The translations under genes and the position numbers were made by a program. This document shows positions 12,755 through 29,480 of a stretch of DNA of 64,000 bases, piece after piece; the first letter of the stretch is position 1; each line of letters opens with the position of its first letter. Origin of the DNA: the human T2T-CHM13v2.0 reference genome, Homo sapiens; the NCBI RefSeq assembly GCF_009914755.1, contig NC_060943.1, one strand, 5' to 3'. The notes under the pieces were generated by a model. It saw only the letters and a list, made by a program, of their open reading frames with translations, had not been told where the DNA came from and ran no database searches.

Positions 12755-13929
12755 CTGGGTAACTTCATAGTCAGCAGATGACCACCCTTTTGTCTCATTC
12801 CCTCTCTTCCCAATCATTCCAGATACTTTTACTTCTGTCCTTCAAACCATGGCTGGAGTACTGTGGGACTCAAAATCGATAAATAATTAATAGATTCTAA
12901 ATTCTGTGTGAAAAGAGAGCTAATAACTAGCATAATCTTAGGAACATGCTAGAAATGGCCCTAGCAGAGATGGGGCAGAGGGCAGTATGTTTTTGAAGGG
13001 AGTGAAGGGGAAGACAGCCAGAGCAGTGCATGAGGGAACCCCCAGGACAGGGGTCAGGACAATGGGAGAGAGGGGAGCCATGAAGGGCACACTTTGCTTT
13101 CTCCACTCCTGAGGGCTATCTCTGAATTTTGCTCTCCATTTAGCTGAGAGTGTGAAATTGAGAATTCATAAAATCACTTTTATTCCTTTAAATGGCCCTT
13201 ATGAAAAGCTTTCAAGAGTCATCTCTAAATGTACTTTTCAGTTGCATTTTCATGAACAATATTCAAGGTCAGAATGAGCAAATGTCTAGTTAGCCATTGG
13301 AGAAAGGACCAGTAGCACACAGATATTTCCAGCATTCTAGAGACATGTAAAGTACCCTTGGAAGAGCCGGCATTTAACTTGTTGAACATTAAATGCCATT
13401 AATGCTCAGCTGCACAGAAATTTCCATTTCTGAATATTCTTCTCCAAATTTCTCCCTTGAACCATATTATTTTAGTTCAGCCTCAATTATACCATCAAAA
13501 TTCCACCATTCATAAATGTATTACCATTCTGAAAATGTACTTGATGGCATCTTTATACCATGCTGTGGAAAAATGTGTAGCAATAAAAAAAGATAAATCA
13601 CAAGGTTTTTTTTTTTTTTTGGAGCCAATTAGCCAAACAAAACTTAAATATAAATCAAGCTTGGTAGAAACCACAGGTCATGCTCAAGTTTATGAATTCG
13701 TTATAGAGCAGCACTGCCTTGAATTCAACCTTGCCTAGCTTTGGTCTTGACCACAGCATCACAAGAGTGGTAATAATATCAGTAGGTTTACTGACATGCA
13801 CAAGCATATTCCCAGGTTGCAGTGCAGGACCCGAGGTAGAGCCGAGACTCCCCAAAAAGGCAGTTCAGAGGTAGGCACGCCCAGTGGGTCTGCATCAGAG
13901 CCCCTGCGTCTGGTTCAGGGACTGAGATG

Positions 13930-14085
13930 AGTTTCTCGGCTTCCCTGAGATGTAATATTTTTACCTATCAAATCAAAATTACTGTAACTTCTGCCTCACT
14001 GATTGTTTTTGTTAGAATTCAATAAAGAAATGTCTCAAAGCAGTCACACGGTACCTGATACGGTGAACACTCCATATGTTGTTCT
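13930..14085 (+). mobile_element. MIR fragment
   Basis: Degenerate MIR 3' half. Confidence 0.5.
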
Positions 14086-14227
14086 TTATTATATATACAC
14101 ACACTAAGTTATATACATAAATACATTAAAAATTAATTTATATTTTTCATAACTATAATTTATATTTATTCATAACTATAATCACATAATTCAATTATAT
14201 GTAATAGATAATTTTATAGTTATATAA

Positions 14228-14250
14228 TGTGTGTGTGTGTGTGTGTGTGT
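14228..14250. repeat. (TG)n microsatellite
   Basis: Direct reading. Confidence 0.95.
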
Positions 14251-14679
14251 TTGTTTAAAATGTCCTTGGAAAACAGAAGCAGGTAGAGATGGGAGGAGAC
14301 AGGCATTGTTCTTCGGGCTGGGCTGGCATCCAGGGGGCCTCTCTGGCCAGCCAATTGCACATCTTCTGAGCAAGGGAGAGGGAACATGGACCAGAGAACA
14401 GCCATTGGAAGAGAAAAGCAGAAAAGAAATTATTTTCAGTTTTCCCGAATTTCTTTCCAAAGTCATTTCAAAGACTAGGAGTGAAGGCTGAGGCTGGGTC
14501 TGGGACCCCCAAACTTCCCAGCCACTCTGTGACAAAGGCAGGTTCGAGACGATTATTCCCTCTGCACAAACAAGGAAACTTAGGGTGAAGGAGGAGCTCA
14601 GGAGGAGTTAGCAGGGAAACCTGGCACAGACCAAGGCCCTCTAATGCCCACAGTGTGCCGCACGATTGGCCCTCACCCC

Positions 14680-15480
14680 ACACCCCTGAGGCTCCGTTTT
14701 CACCCCATGTCCTATAGCTAGCCCTGCTGGCTTCCCTGTGGTTTCCATACTCCAGGTAAGCTCAGGCAGTGGGGCTTTTGCTCCTGTTGTCCCCTCTGTG
14801 GAAACTCTCTTTTTTCAGAGAGCCCCACAGCTTACTCCCTCATGTGGGTTGGCTCTGTGTCCCACCCAGATCTCATTTTGAATTGTAATCCTCACATGTT
14901 GAGGGAGGGACCTGGTAGAAGGTGATTGGATCATGGGGGTCATTTCCCCCATGCTGTTCTTGTGATAGTGAGGGAGTTCTAACAAGATCTGATGGTTTAA
15001 AAGTGTTTGGCAGTTCCCCGCTTACTCTTTCTCTCTTGCCACCATGTGAGGAAGGTATTTGCTTCCCCTTCACCTTCCTCCATGATTGTAAGTTTCCTGA
15101 GGCCTCCTTAGCCATGTAGAACAGTGAGTCAATTAGACTTTTTCTCTTCATTAATTACTGTCTCAGGTAGTTCCTTATAACAGTGTGAAAACAGACTAAT
15201 GCACTCCCCACCTTCATCCAGGTGTTTGCTTCAATGTAACTCTATGTGAGAGGCCTTCCTGGCCCATATCATCTGAATAGCACCCCCATTATTTTCTATC
15301 TCCAATACTGTTTTCTTTTTCTCTCTTTTCACCACCCAACTCATAATAAGGTGATTGTCTACACCACCCATCCACACCAACTGTAATGTAAGTTCTAGGA
15401 GGGAAGGAACATTATTTTATTCTTTGCTATATTCGGTGCATGGAACAGTGCCTGGCATTAATAAAAATATTTTGGGTGTA
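14680..15480 (+). mobile_element. L2 3' region, split by THE1
   Basis: GAGAGGCCTTCCTGGCC...GTAAGTTCTAGGAGGGAAGG...GGAACAGTGCCTGGCA...AATAAA. Confidence 0.6.
14840..15203 (+). mobile_element. THE1 (THE1D-like) solo LTR
   Basis: TTGGCTCTGTGTCCCACCCAGATCTCAT...CAGACTAATGCA; exact TSD CTCCC (14835-14839, 15204-15208). Confidence 0.92.
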
Positions 15481-15848
15481 AAAACTCTAGGCTTAGAAGC
15501 CTGATCCTAAAATCTGTTCTGCCTAAGTTCTATGTACTCTATCAGAGACCTGAACATTGGTGGGTACCTGGCTGCTATGGCCAGCCAACCATATGTTTTA
15601 TACCAGTGAATGTGGTGTCTGGAAAATGGGTTGAGCTCTTTTCTCTTTTTCATTTATCTTGGGCATTGCAAGACTTTGATCTACTGGATTCAACAAAAGA
15701 ACACTTTGACCCCATGTTTATAAGTAAAAATGCTTGGGTCAAAATTATTCCAACTCTGGTGAAATTTAATTTGAAAGCATTTTCCAAAACCAATTCCACA
15801 AGCCATTTTGATTTGTTAGTGCTCAGTTAATGTTATCAGGTATTTGGC

Positions 15849-16950
15849 TGAAACCACCTATATAACAATTAACATAGGACCACAGAGTAAAAGTTGCAGG
15901 CATAGTTAAAAGTTAACCAGCCATTGTTTCTAAGCTCATCCCATAATTGCTTACTGCCCAGAAGCCATGTAGCCAGTGGTCACAAGGGCTGTAACTTCTC
16001 CTAATTGCTCTTATAGATAGCATCATTGTTGAAAACAAATGCTTAGTGCTACAAAGAAGAACCAGCACTGAGACAAAGGATCTCTCAGCAAGGCAAATTT
16101 TCTTCTGCAGAAGGGTGCTTCTCCCATGTGGAGCAATGGAAAGAGCACAAAGAACAAAACAGAGCAGGGGTTTTTATTATCTCTTAATGCTGCTTGTCAC
16201 TGTTACTGTGTCTGCCTCCATTGGCTAGAGTTGTACCACACAGTCTAAGCTGAACCTGGTTGGTTAACTTGAAAAATGCAGAAATGTAGTTACATCAGCA
16301 GTGGGAAGACAAGAAGATCAGTTTCAGTGGGAGAAGTCATTGCATTGGGAGGGGTAATTCACAGAGTGGGTAGCAGATGTGGAATGTGGGCTCTATAGAT
16401 AAGGACTGGCAGGAATGTTGTTTACCAGGGCTGGGGGAATATAGAGAGTAAGGAAGTCTGGCCTTGAAATCAGGGAACAAAGGACAAGAAAACTTAAACA
16501 AGCTAAACCTTTGAAGAAGAATTTCTTACTGTAGTCAACGATCATTATTGTAAAACCTATGACAGTTCTTCAAAATATTTTTCAGACTTGTCAACCACTG
16601 TACCAAATGGCACTGACTGGACCAAGGGCCCATTCCAAGAAATTGATTCAACAGGCTGACACCCCTGCCCAACCCAGAAACTGGATTAGTGCAAGACAAT
16701 CAATACTCTACACCCCTATGAGTTCATCCCTAGCCAATCAGCAGCTCTAATTCCCTAGACCCCTGCCCACCAAACTACCTTAATAATCCCAGCCTCTAAG
16801 TTCTTAGGAAGGTAGATTTGAGAGATTTCTCCTGTCCTCCTTGCTTGGCTCTCTTGCAATTATTAAACTCTTTCCCTGCTGTAACACCTACTGTCTCAGT
16901 GTATTGTTTTTCTCTGGGCAGTGGGCAAGAAGAATCCACCAGGCTGTACA
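15849..16950 (+). mobile_element. ERV1 solo LTR (LOR1/LTR26-like, MER4 group), interrupted by LTR10
   Basis: TGAAACC start; AGCCAATCAGCAGC...CCCTGCCCACCAAAC...ATTAAACTCTTT...GGGCAAGAAGAA end. Confidence 0.7.
16027..16540 (-). mobile_element. LTR10-family (HERV-I/IP10) solo LTR
   Basis: CTCAGCAAGGCAAATTTTCTTCTGCAGAAGGGTGC diagnostic; exact TSD ATCAT (16022-16026, 16541-16545). Confidence 0.85.
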
Positions 16951-16959
16951 TTGTAACCA

Positions 16960-17153
16960 CCCTTTCCCTTGCCCCTTAGGCCTCAGGACAGCAGTGTTCC
17001 TCACTGTTGCTAGCTCAGGGGTTCTATGCCATCTTTTGTTAATTTTATTTAAGCCTACTCACACTTTTGTAAATAGTTCTTTCCTTAAACCCTCTTCAAT
17101 TACCTAGTTTGCATGTGTTAACCACTTCTTGCCTGCTGGTCCCAGACTTATAT
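16960..17153 (+). mobile_element. LTR33-like ERVL LTR 3' fragment
   Basis: CTGTTGCTAGC...CACACTTTTGTAAATAGT...CTCTTCAATTACC. Confidence 0.6.
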
Positions 17154-17293
17154 AGTTCATTTATTTATAATCAGTGAAGATACTTTCCTGCTTCCACATA
17201 AAACCCTAGGCAGTGACTTTTCTGTTCATTCTTAGGGGAAAACAAAAAACAAAAAAACTATGGGCAGTTTGAGTTAAAAACTAAGTCAAATTT

Positions 17294-18199
17294 GGAGGGA
17301 GGAGCCAAGATGGCCAAAGAGGAACAGCTCCGGTCTACAGGTCCCAGCGTGAGTGAGGCAGAAGATGGGTGATTTCTGCATTTCCATCTGAGGGACCGGG
17401 TTCATCTCACTACGGAGTGCCAGACAGTGGGTGCAGGTCAGTGGGTGCATGCACCGTGCGCAAGCCAAAGCAGGGTGAGGGATTGCCTCACTTGGGAAGC
17501 GCAAGGGGTCAGGGAGTTCGCTCTCCTAGTCAAAGAAAGTGGTGACAGAGGGCACCTGGAAAATCGGGTCACTCCCACCTGAATACTGAGCTTTTCCGAC
17601 CGACTTAAAAAACGGCACACCAGGAGATTATATCCTGCACCTGGCTCAGAGGGTCCTATGCCCACGGAGTCTCGCTGATTGCTAGCACAGCAGTCTGAGA
17701 TCAAACTGCAAGGCGGCAGTGAGGCTGGGGGAAGGGCGCCTGCCATTTCCCAGGCTTGATTAGGTAAACAAAGCAGCCGAGAATCTCCAACTGGGTGGAG
17801 CCCACCACAGCTCAAGGAGGCCTGCCTGCCTCTGTAGGCTCCACCTCGGGGGCAGGGCACAGAGAAACAAAAAGACAGCAGTAACCTCTGCAGACTTAAA
17901 TGTCCCTGTCTGACAGCTGTGAAGAGAGCAGTGATTCTCCCAGCACACAGCTGGAGATCTGAGAACGGGCAGACTGCCTCCTCAAGTGGGTCCGTGACCC
18001 CTGACCCCCGAGCAGCCTAACTGGGAGGCACCCCCCAGCAGAGGCAGACTGACACCTCACACAGCCAGGTACTCCAACAGACCTGCAGCTGAGGTCCTGT
18101 CTGTTAGAAGGAAAACTAACAAACAGAAAGGACATCCACACCAAAAACCCATCTGTACATCACCATCATCAAGGACCGAAAGTTGATAAAACCAAAAAG
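17294..18199 (+). promoter_or_regulatory. L1 5'UTR internal sense/antisense promoter, YY1 site retained
   Basis: CAAGATGGCC YY1 motif at ~17306-17315; many CpGs decayed to TG/CA. Confidence 0.8.
17438..17746 (-). CDS. ORF0: L1 antisense ORF0, open, 102 aa
   Basis: MAGALPPASLPPCSLISDCCASNQRDSVGIGPSEPG... matches primate L1 ORF0; expression unknown. Confidence 0.6.
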   Translation of the reverse strand: MAGALPPASLPPCSLISDCCASNQRDSVGIGPSEPGAGYNLLVCRFLSRSEKLSIQVGVTRFSRCPLSPLSLTRRANSLTPCASQVRQSLTLLWLAHGACTH

Positions 18200-19214
18200 A
18201 TGGGGAAAAAACAGCAGAAAAACTGGAAACTCTAAAAAGCAGAGAGCCTCTCCTCCTCCAAAGCAACGCAGTTCCTCACCAGCAACGGAACAAAGCTGGA
18301 CGGAGAATGACTTTGACGAGCTGAGAGAAGAAGGCTTCAGATGATCAAATTACTCTGAGCTACGGGAGGAAATTCAAACCAAAGGCAAAGAAGTTGAAAA
18401 CTTTGAAAAAAATTTAGAAGAATATACAACTAGAATAACTAATACAGAGAAGTGCTTCAAGGAGTTGATGGAGCTGAAAACCAAGGCTCGAGAACTAAGT
18501 GAAGAATGCAGAAGCCTCAGGAGCCGATGCAATCAACTGGAAGAAAAGGTATCAGCGATGGAAGATGAAATGAATGAAATGAAGCAAGAAGGGAAGTTTA
18601 GAGAAAAAAGAATAAAAAGAAACAAGCAAAGCCTCCAAGAAATATGGGACTATGTGAAAAGACCAAATCTACGTCTGATTGGTGTACCTGAAAGTGACGG
18701 GGAGAATGGAACCAAGTTGGAAAACACTCTGCAGGATATTATCCAGGAGAACTTCCCCAATCTAGCAAGGCAAGCCAACATTCAGATTCAGGAAATACAG
18801 AGAATGCCACAAAGATACTCCTGGAGAAGAGCAACTCCAAGGCACATAATTGTCAGATTCACCAAATTGCAGATGAAGGAAAAAATGTTAAGGGCAGCCA
18901 GAGAGAAAGGTTGGGTTACCCTCAAAGGGAAGTCCATCAGACTAACAGCAGATCTCTCAGCAGAAACTCTACAAGCCAGAAGAGAGTGGGGGCCAATATT
19001 CAACATTCTTAAAGAAAAGAATTTTCAACCCAGGATTTCATATCCAGCCAAACTAAGCTTCATAAGTGAAGGAGAAATAAAATACTTTACAGACAAGCAA
19101 ATGCTGAGAGATTTTGTCACCACCAGGCCTGCCTTAAAAGAGCTCCTGAAGGAAGTGCTAAACACAGAAAGGAACAACCGGTACCAGCCACTGCAAAATC
19201 ATGCCAAAATGTAA
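18200..19214 (+). pseudogene. ORF1: L1 ORF1p, disrupted
   Basis: ATGGGGAAAAAACAG start; 2-nt deletion near codon 5; CGA>TGA at ~18342; 249-aa C-terminal portion open (YVKRPNLRLIGVPE...QNHAKM). Confidence 0.95.
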
Positions 19215-19277
19215 AGACCATCGAGACTAGGAAGAAACTGCATCAACTAACGAGCAAAATAACCAGCTAACATCATA

Positions 19278-23119
<3,842 letters not shown>

Positions 23120-23321
23120 ACAATGAGAACACATGGACACACGAAGGGGAACATCACACTCTGGGGACTGTTGTGGGGCAGGGATGGGGGAGGGATATCA
23201 TTGGGAGATATACCTAATGCTAGATGACTAGTTAGTGGGTGCAGTGCACCAGCATGGCACATGTATACATATGTAACTAACCTGCACATTGTGCACATGT
23301 ACCCTAAAACTTAAAGTATAA

Positions 23322-23358
<37 letters not shown>

Positions 23359-23642
23359 GTCAAATTTCATTAGGTAAAACTGCCCAGTCCCAACTAATAA
23401 TCAAAGCTCCAAAGTTACTTAGCACTAAATATTTTTTCCCTTCCATAGCAAAGCCTAAAATTGCATACTAGCTACTTGCAAGGATGGGTCAGAGGAAGTC
23501 AAAAAAGGTGAAGAATATGTTCTTTCTCCATTTCATTATCTAGTATTTCTTCTTTCTCTGCAAATTGCTTATTAAATTTTCAAGCTCTACCTGAGTCAAA
23601 GAAGGAGATGAGAAGAAAAGAGATAATGATAAAAAAAAAAAG

Positions 23643-24546
23643 TGTGAAACAAAAATAACATTCTAAGCCCCCCTTACTGACTGTACAGACCCTCTCTTGG
23701 CCAAGGGGATTCCAAAAAAGCCTGAAAAACTGAGAAAGGCCTTGTTGAGAAGGGAAGTCAGACATGCCTCATTGTACCACCTCTCTTTGGAGTTTAGTTC
23801 CAACTGACCAGCATTAACATTAAAACAGAAATCTTAACACTGACAAAACAGACTCTTTGTAGCAATAGGACAGCAAGTTTCAACTGGCTCTGGTATAGCA
23901 TCACATGACAGATAACAGGTCCTAAAAGAAATCAAAGCATTTTATCCTGAAACATATGTATTTGATGTATTTTGAAATTGCCCTGCAAAGTTGTCACTTG
24001 TGGAAAAATTTGCATTCTGTAGAGAATCTCCTTCCCTTTATGTGTGTTTTCCTGATCCAGGAGGAGATGCCACTAAGAGTTTGACACCTTTTAAGGTTCA
24101 TTAAAAAAAGAAACACTTACCATCTATTTTCTCTGAAGTCTGTTAGTTAGAGGCTTTATCTACATAACAAGAGCCTTGCTTTTATCTTCCCCTTAACTCA
24201 AGCATTTATTTTAGCTAACTTCAACTCTCTAGGCAAAGTTTAACTTTTTCAACCAATTGTCAATTAGAAAATATTTGAATCCACCTGTAAACCACTCCCC
24301 ACCACACCCTGCTAGAAGATGTCCCACCTTCCTGGTTGAACCAATGTATATATCACATGGATTGATTCATGTCTTTGCTTGTAACTTCTGTCTCCCTGTA
24401 ACGTAGTAAACCAAGGTGTAACCCAATCACCTTGGCCACATGTTCTCAGAACAGCTTGATGCTGTATCCTGGGCAATGGTCACTTATATTTGGCTCAGTA
24501 AAAACCTCCTCAAATATTTTATAGAGTTTGTCTTTTCTCATCAACA
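23643..24546 (+). mobile_element. MER4D/E-type ERV1 solo LTR
   Basis: AAAATAACATTCTAAGCCCCCC...GGCCAAGGGGATTCCAAA...CAAATATTTTATAGAGTTTG...TCAACA. Confidence 0.85.
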
Positions 24547-24899
24547 GTGGTATTTACCTGACAAGTCTGATCCTCATCCATAGGAAACATTCATGTTTTT
24601 TCCACCTCAACAATGTCTGGAAGAACACATGTCCCTCATGCAGCAGCACCTCTTCTCCCCCCACTAAAGCAGCTATCCAGGCATGTTTTGTTCTCTACAC
24701 TTTCCAGTGACCCCCTTACTATAGGGGCAGATATCAAACTTTTGGGGATGTGCCATTAAAGTCCCTTTCACCAGACAGGAGGAGAGACACACTTTCAAGG
24801 GCTTGGGAACTCATAGCTATGGAGAACACTAAAAGAAGGGGAATGGCAAGAGATGAGGGAAAAAGCAAACTCTACAGCACTCACCTCTTGCTGCTAACC

Positions 24900-24910
24900 T
24901 GCTGAGTCAC
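24900..24910 (-). promoter_or_regulatory. Consensus ARE/MARE (NRF2-sMAF/AP-1) motif
   Basis: TGCTGAGTCAC = GTGACTCAGCA on the minus strand; motif only. Confidence 0.3.
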
Positions 24911-25324
24911 TGCATGAATCAGAAAAGCCTGCAGCCAAGTTTGAGAGAGATATACCCAAATCATAACCCTCTTGGGGCTATGGCTTCTGAGCAGTAAGCA
25001 ATTTAGAAAGGCAAGCTTAGAAACACTGGCTGGTTAACTTTTCACCTTGCCTGCAACTTTACAGGATTCAGGCCTTCACCATGGCATTTTCTCTGTTGCC
25101 CTATATGAATTTTTATATAACCCTCACAACCTTAACTGATCACCTTCATTTTTTGTCACTCTTATTTGACATATTTGACCTCAAATGCCAGTATTTAAAG
25201 CAACATTACACATTTTTCCTCCAATATCCTCATTTTACTGAAATTGGGGCTCACAGTGGCAGGATCACAGACAGGACATGTCAGGTAAACTGAATGTCCC
25301 AGGCCCCCTGAGCTTGTGCATCAT

Positions 25325-25900
25325 CAGCCAGATTCACTCAAGAAAAAAGAAACCACACTAGTCCTGTAAACAGAAGGAATCTGACATAGGGAGCTGGTTA
25401 AACAGGCCTAGGAGACGGAACAAAAAGCCAAGAGGGAAGAGCAAGGGCACACTAAGACAGCAACTTCAGGGAGAAACTCTTCGCTCCCAGGCTGGGAGCA
25501 GAGGGAGGAAGTTGTGCTTACTAAGAGCCTGCAGCTTGGAGGAGAGATCATCAAGCTGGGAGCCAGCCTCATGAGGAGGAGGCTGGTGTTAGTGTCTCCA
25601 AGGGAATGTGATGAGGCTGGTTCTGGCACTGCAGAAAAACCTGGAAACAGGAACACAGCAACCAGCTTCCGTCACTGGGGTGAAGAAGTATTATTGGGTG
25701 ATGTGAGCAGAACAAGAAAAAACAAAAAAACAAGTCCTGTCTTCCTCACCCAGCTCTCCAGTCTCCATCCAGCATCCTCTATTAGCAGAACTAACAGAGA
25801 GACCCATGGCAGAAGAGGAATGTGGTTTGCAGGTTCCAATCACAGCATCATGAAGCAAAGTATAAGACATGGTTTGCAGCTGGGAGATAACAGCTCAATA
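25325..25900 (-). mobile_element. Ancient ERV LTR (LTR78/79-like)
   Basis: AGAAACCACACTAG...AAACAGAAGGAAT...ATAGGGAGCTGGTTAAACAGG. Confidence 0.45.
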
Positions 25901-27036
25901 ACTAGTAAAACATCCAGATGAGGCCAAATTAATGTTAATGCCCAAATTTTGCTAACTCATAGCACACACTGTCAAGAGAGCTATTTTCTTCCTCTGCCAC
26001 ATTCTTGCCAAGAGCCATGAAATAGAAACTTTTGACCTCTCAAAAGTTTTCAAAAGTAATCTTCTGGACTTTTCTCTACTCACTAACTAATTCCTTCACA
26101 TCACAGCTTAGCCTGCATCTGGGAGCTTTTCAACCCAGCATGCCCTGAAGTCACATTCATGTTCTTTCCTTTGTTTATTGAGGAGCAAAGACCTACTGCA
26201 GTCCAGCTGCTCTGCCTGTATCTGGGTGGAAAATAAGCAAGACTCAAATCCAAGCATGTTCTACGAACCAACTTCAGCAACAATAAAGTGATACCTTGAA
26301 TCTTTCTCACTCTTATGTGTATATCTCAATTCGTTCACAACTTGGAGAGGAAAAGAGATGAATGATTTCTCTCTGAAACATTTTATGCAAGCTTACATAA
26401 AAATGGACTGTCACCCACTGTGATAGTCCACTGTGTCACCACCACCCCTCCTCAGCCTCTCTGCCACAGGTCTGCCTATTATGTCTGGAAGGTTCTGGGA
26501 TGCACACATTCTCAGTCCAGTCTCCAGGCTGAATGCAACCTCCCAGCAGCTACCTGAGGAGCTCATCTCAGCCTTCATGAGAACATGCTTCCTTGCCCAG
26601 AGCTCTGCTTCCCAATGTCCCACAAAAATTCCTGGGCTCCTTTTAGTCCCTTTCTACCAGAGTAATGCTGTGTTTCAGGCAAACATGGAAAATAGATATT
26701 TCTCCATCTGTGTGGACCTTGTTATCAGAGTCCAAACCATCTAGGCTGTGGCCCTGGTCTCCCAAAGCCCCCAGCTGAGTCCTTATTTTAGTATTGCTTA
26801 GAGAGAGAATAGATATCAAATTGTTCTCACCATCAGTTAGCACAGAGTAGCACATTTCTGACCACTGGAGCCCATGCTGGAACATCATCCTTGTGGGCCC
26901 CTTTCCCTCCCTATCAACTCATGCAAATTGACACCTGGGAAAGAAGTAGGATTACCAACCCCTCAATTTAAAAGACGTGATAAAGCTTTGAATCCCAGTT
27001 TGGGCTCAGCTGTTATCACCTTGTATCAAAATAATT

Positions 27037-27560
27037 TTTTAGTCCAGATTCTTTCAGTTACAAGTGCTAGAAATCTACCTAACTCAACTTCAGACAGCAA
27101 ACTGAAGCTATGAGCTCATGAAAATGGATCCTGGTGCTCTCGCAGTACCATCAGGATTCAGTCTCTGCCAGGCTTCTCCTTAAGCTGCCTTCAGATTTAA
27201 TAGACTCACATCGTGGTGGCAAAAATGTCACCAACAGCTTCAAAGTTCAATTTCTACCAGTTCAGTGACTCCAGCTAAAAAATAACTGTGCTATTCAAAA
27301 TGTCCAACAAAAATCCCAGCTCTAAATATTATTGGACCAATCTGAGCCACATGGACATCCCTGAATTAATAAGCACTGTGACCTGGGGGGCGGACTAAAC
27401 CAAGTGGCCATCCTTGAATCAAGCCATTCCCTCAAGAGACAGGAGTGGAACCAGCCAAGCTAGCCACAAAATAAAGCATGGACCTGGGTGGGCTCTACAA
27501 AGGGAAACTGCAGGACTTTAACCAGCAGAAGGGAAAGCAAATGCCAGACAAGCAGGACCA
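27037..27560 (-). mobile_element. MLT1-type MaLR LTR
   Basis: AGATTCTTTCAGTTACAAGTG...ATTGGACCAATCTGAGCCACATG...CCCTGAA. Confidence 0.6.
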
Positions 27561-27574
27561 CAGCTCTTCCTCAA

Positions 27575-28643
27575 TGTTGTGGGAAATCAGGGACCCCAAA
27601 CAGAGGGACCAGCTGAAGCCATGGCAGAAGAACGTGGATTGTGAAGATTTTATGGACATTTATTAGTTCCCCAAATTAATACTTTTGTAATTTCTTATGC
27701 CTGTCTTTACTGCAATCTCTAAACATAAATTGTGAAGATTTCATGGATACTTATCACTTCCCCAATCAATACCCTTGTGATTTCCTATGCCTGTCTTTAC
27801 TTTAATCTCTTAATCCTGTCAGCTGAGGCGGATGTATATTGCCTCAGGACCCTGTAGTAATTGCATTAACTGCACAAATTGTACAGCATGTGTGTTTAAA
27901 CCATATGAAATGTGGGAACCTTGAAAAAAGAACAGGATAACAGCAATTGTTCAGGGAATAAGAGAGAAAACCTTAAACTCTGACTGCCGGTGAGCTGGGT
28001 GGAACAGAGTCATATTTCTCTTCTTTCAAAAGCAAATGGGAGAAATATCGCTGAATTATTTTTCTCAGCATGGAACATTCGTGAGAAAGAGAATACGCGT
28101 CTGGAGGTTTAGGATTATAAACAGCCCCCCAGGTGTGCCTGTCTCTTATGGTTGAGGCTGCAGAGATGAAATAAACTCCAGTCTCCCATAGCACTCCCAG
28201 GCTTATTAGGAAGAGGAAATTCCCACCTAATAAATTTTGGTCAGACCAGTTGATCTCAAAACCCTGTCTCCTGATAAGATGTTATCAATGACAATGGTGC
28301 CTGAAACTTCATTAGCAATTTTAATTTTGCCTCGGTACTGTGGTCCTGTGATCCCGCCCTGCCTCCAATTGCCTTGTGATTTTCTATTACCCTGTTAAGT
28401 ACTTGATGTCTGTCACCCACACCTATTCGCACACTCCCTCCCCTTTTGAAAATACCTATAAAAACTTGCTGGTTTTTGTGGCTTGTGGGGCATCACGGAT
28501 CCTACCAATGTGTGATATCTCCCCCGGATGCCCAGCTTTGAAATTTCCCTCTTTTGTACTCTGTCCCTTTATTTCTCAAGCTGGCTGATGCTTAGGAAAA
28601 ATAGAAAAGAACCTACGTGATTATCAGGGCAGGTTCCCCGATA
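27575..28643 (+). mobile_element. MER11 (MER11A-like, HERV-K11) solo LTR
   Basis: TGTTGTGGGAAATCAGGGACCCCAAA start, internal TTGTGAAGATTT repeats, ACCTACGTGA...AGGTTCCCCGATA end. Confidence 0.92.
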
Positions 28644-28959
28644 CTCCAATACCATGTATGTCCATCTTTTGACTAATTTTTGTGTCTTATATTTATATTA
28701 CATTTACTTCTTATGTATTGTAATATGGAAGTTTCTTGGTAGTCCCCAAACTACTTAGCAAAAACCTGGCAAATGCTAGTTGATTAGGTTCTCAGAATTC
28801 TTTGGTACCCGTTGCCCTGTAAAAAATAAAACCTCTTTTGGGACTATGAAAACAGAGTGAGAGATAGCTGTATCTCTGAATGGCAAATGGGACAGTCAAC
28901 TCCCTCAATTCAGAGAAAGTCTGGTTGCCAGAGGTATTTAAAATTAAATATTCAGCCAT

Positions 28960-29480
28960 GAGGAATTACACCAAAAGCAAAGCCTGAGAAAAGAAAGTAG
29001 GAATGGACATTTTGTTTGGGAGGTGATCTCAGGAAGCAGGAGTGTGGGAGCTGAGAGAGTGGTCAAAAGAATAAAGATTGACCAATATAAGGATGCACTG
29101 TTCAAGTCACTGCTGTGAGCAAAAGCAGCTCAGTTCTGCCGGGGCCTCTTGAGAGGCATGGAGAATGGCTCCCAGAATTATCATCTCAGGACAGGCAGTG
29201 TAGGCTTTTTTTCCAGTTCCTGTCCCTCATTGCTGAGGACTGCACCTTGAGGCAATAGTTCTTGAAACCCCACTTTTGGGCTGTAGCATCAGAGAAATGC
29301 TGAGTTGGAAATAGAGGCAAATAGCACAAGCTTCAGGTTGGTGACTGTCAGAGGAGACCCTGAGCCTGGGTGGAACTGTCTGCCATGGCCCCAGCTCTCA
29401 CTGGAAGAGGGCTGAGGTGAGGTGGACAAAGGTACCAGGGTGCATGTTACAAGGTGTGCCCGCCTCAGGGAGTTCTGCCA
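28960..29480 (-). mobile_element. LTR16-type ERVL LTR
   Basis: AGCCTGAGA...TTTGGGAGGTGATCTCAGGAAGCAGGAGTG. Confidence 0.65.

Noticed and set aside
23163-23194. G-quadruplex-like G-tracts
   Set aside because: Standard L1 3'UTR polypurine tract.
27638-27805. Internal ~80-90 bp repeats in MER11
   Set aside because: A normal feature of MER11 LTRs.
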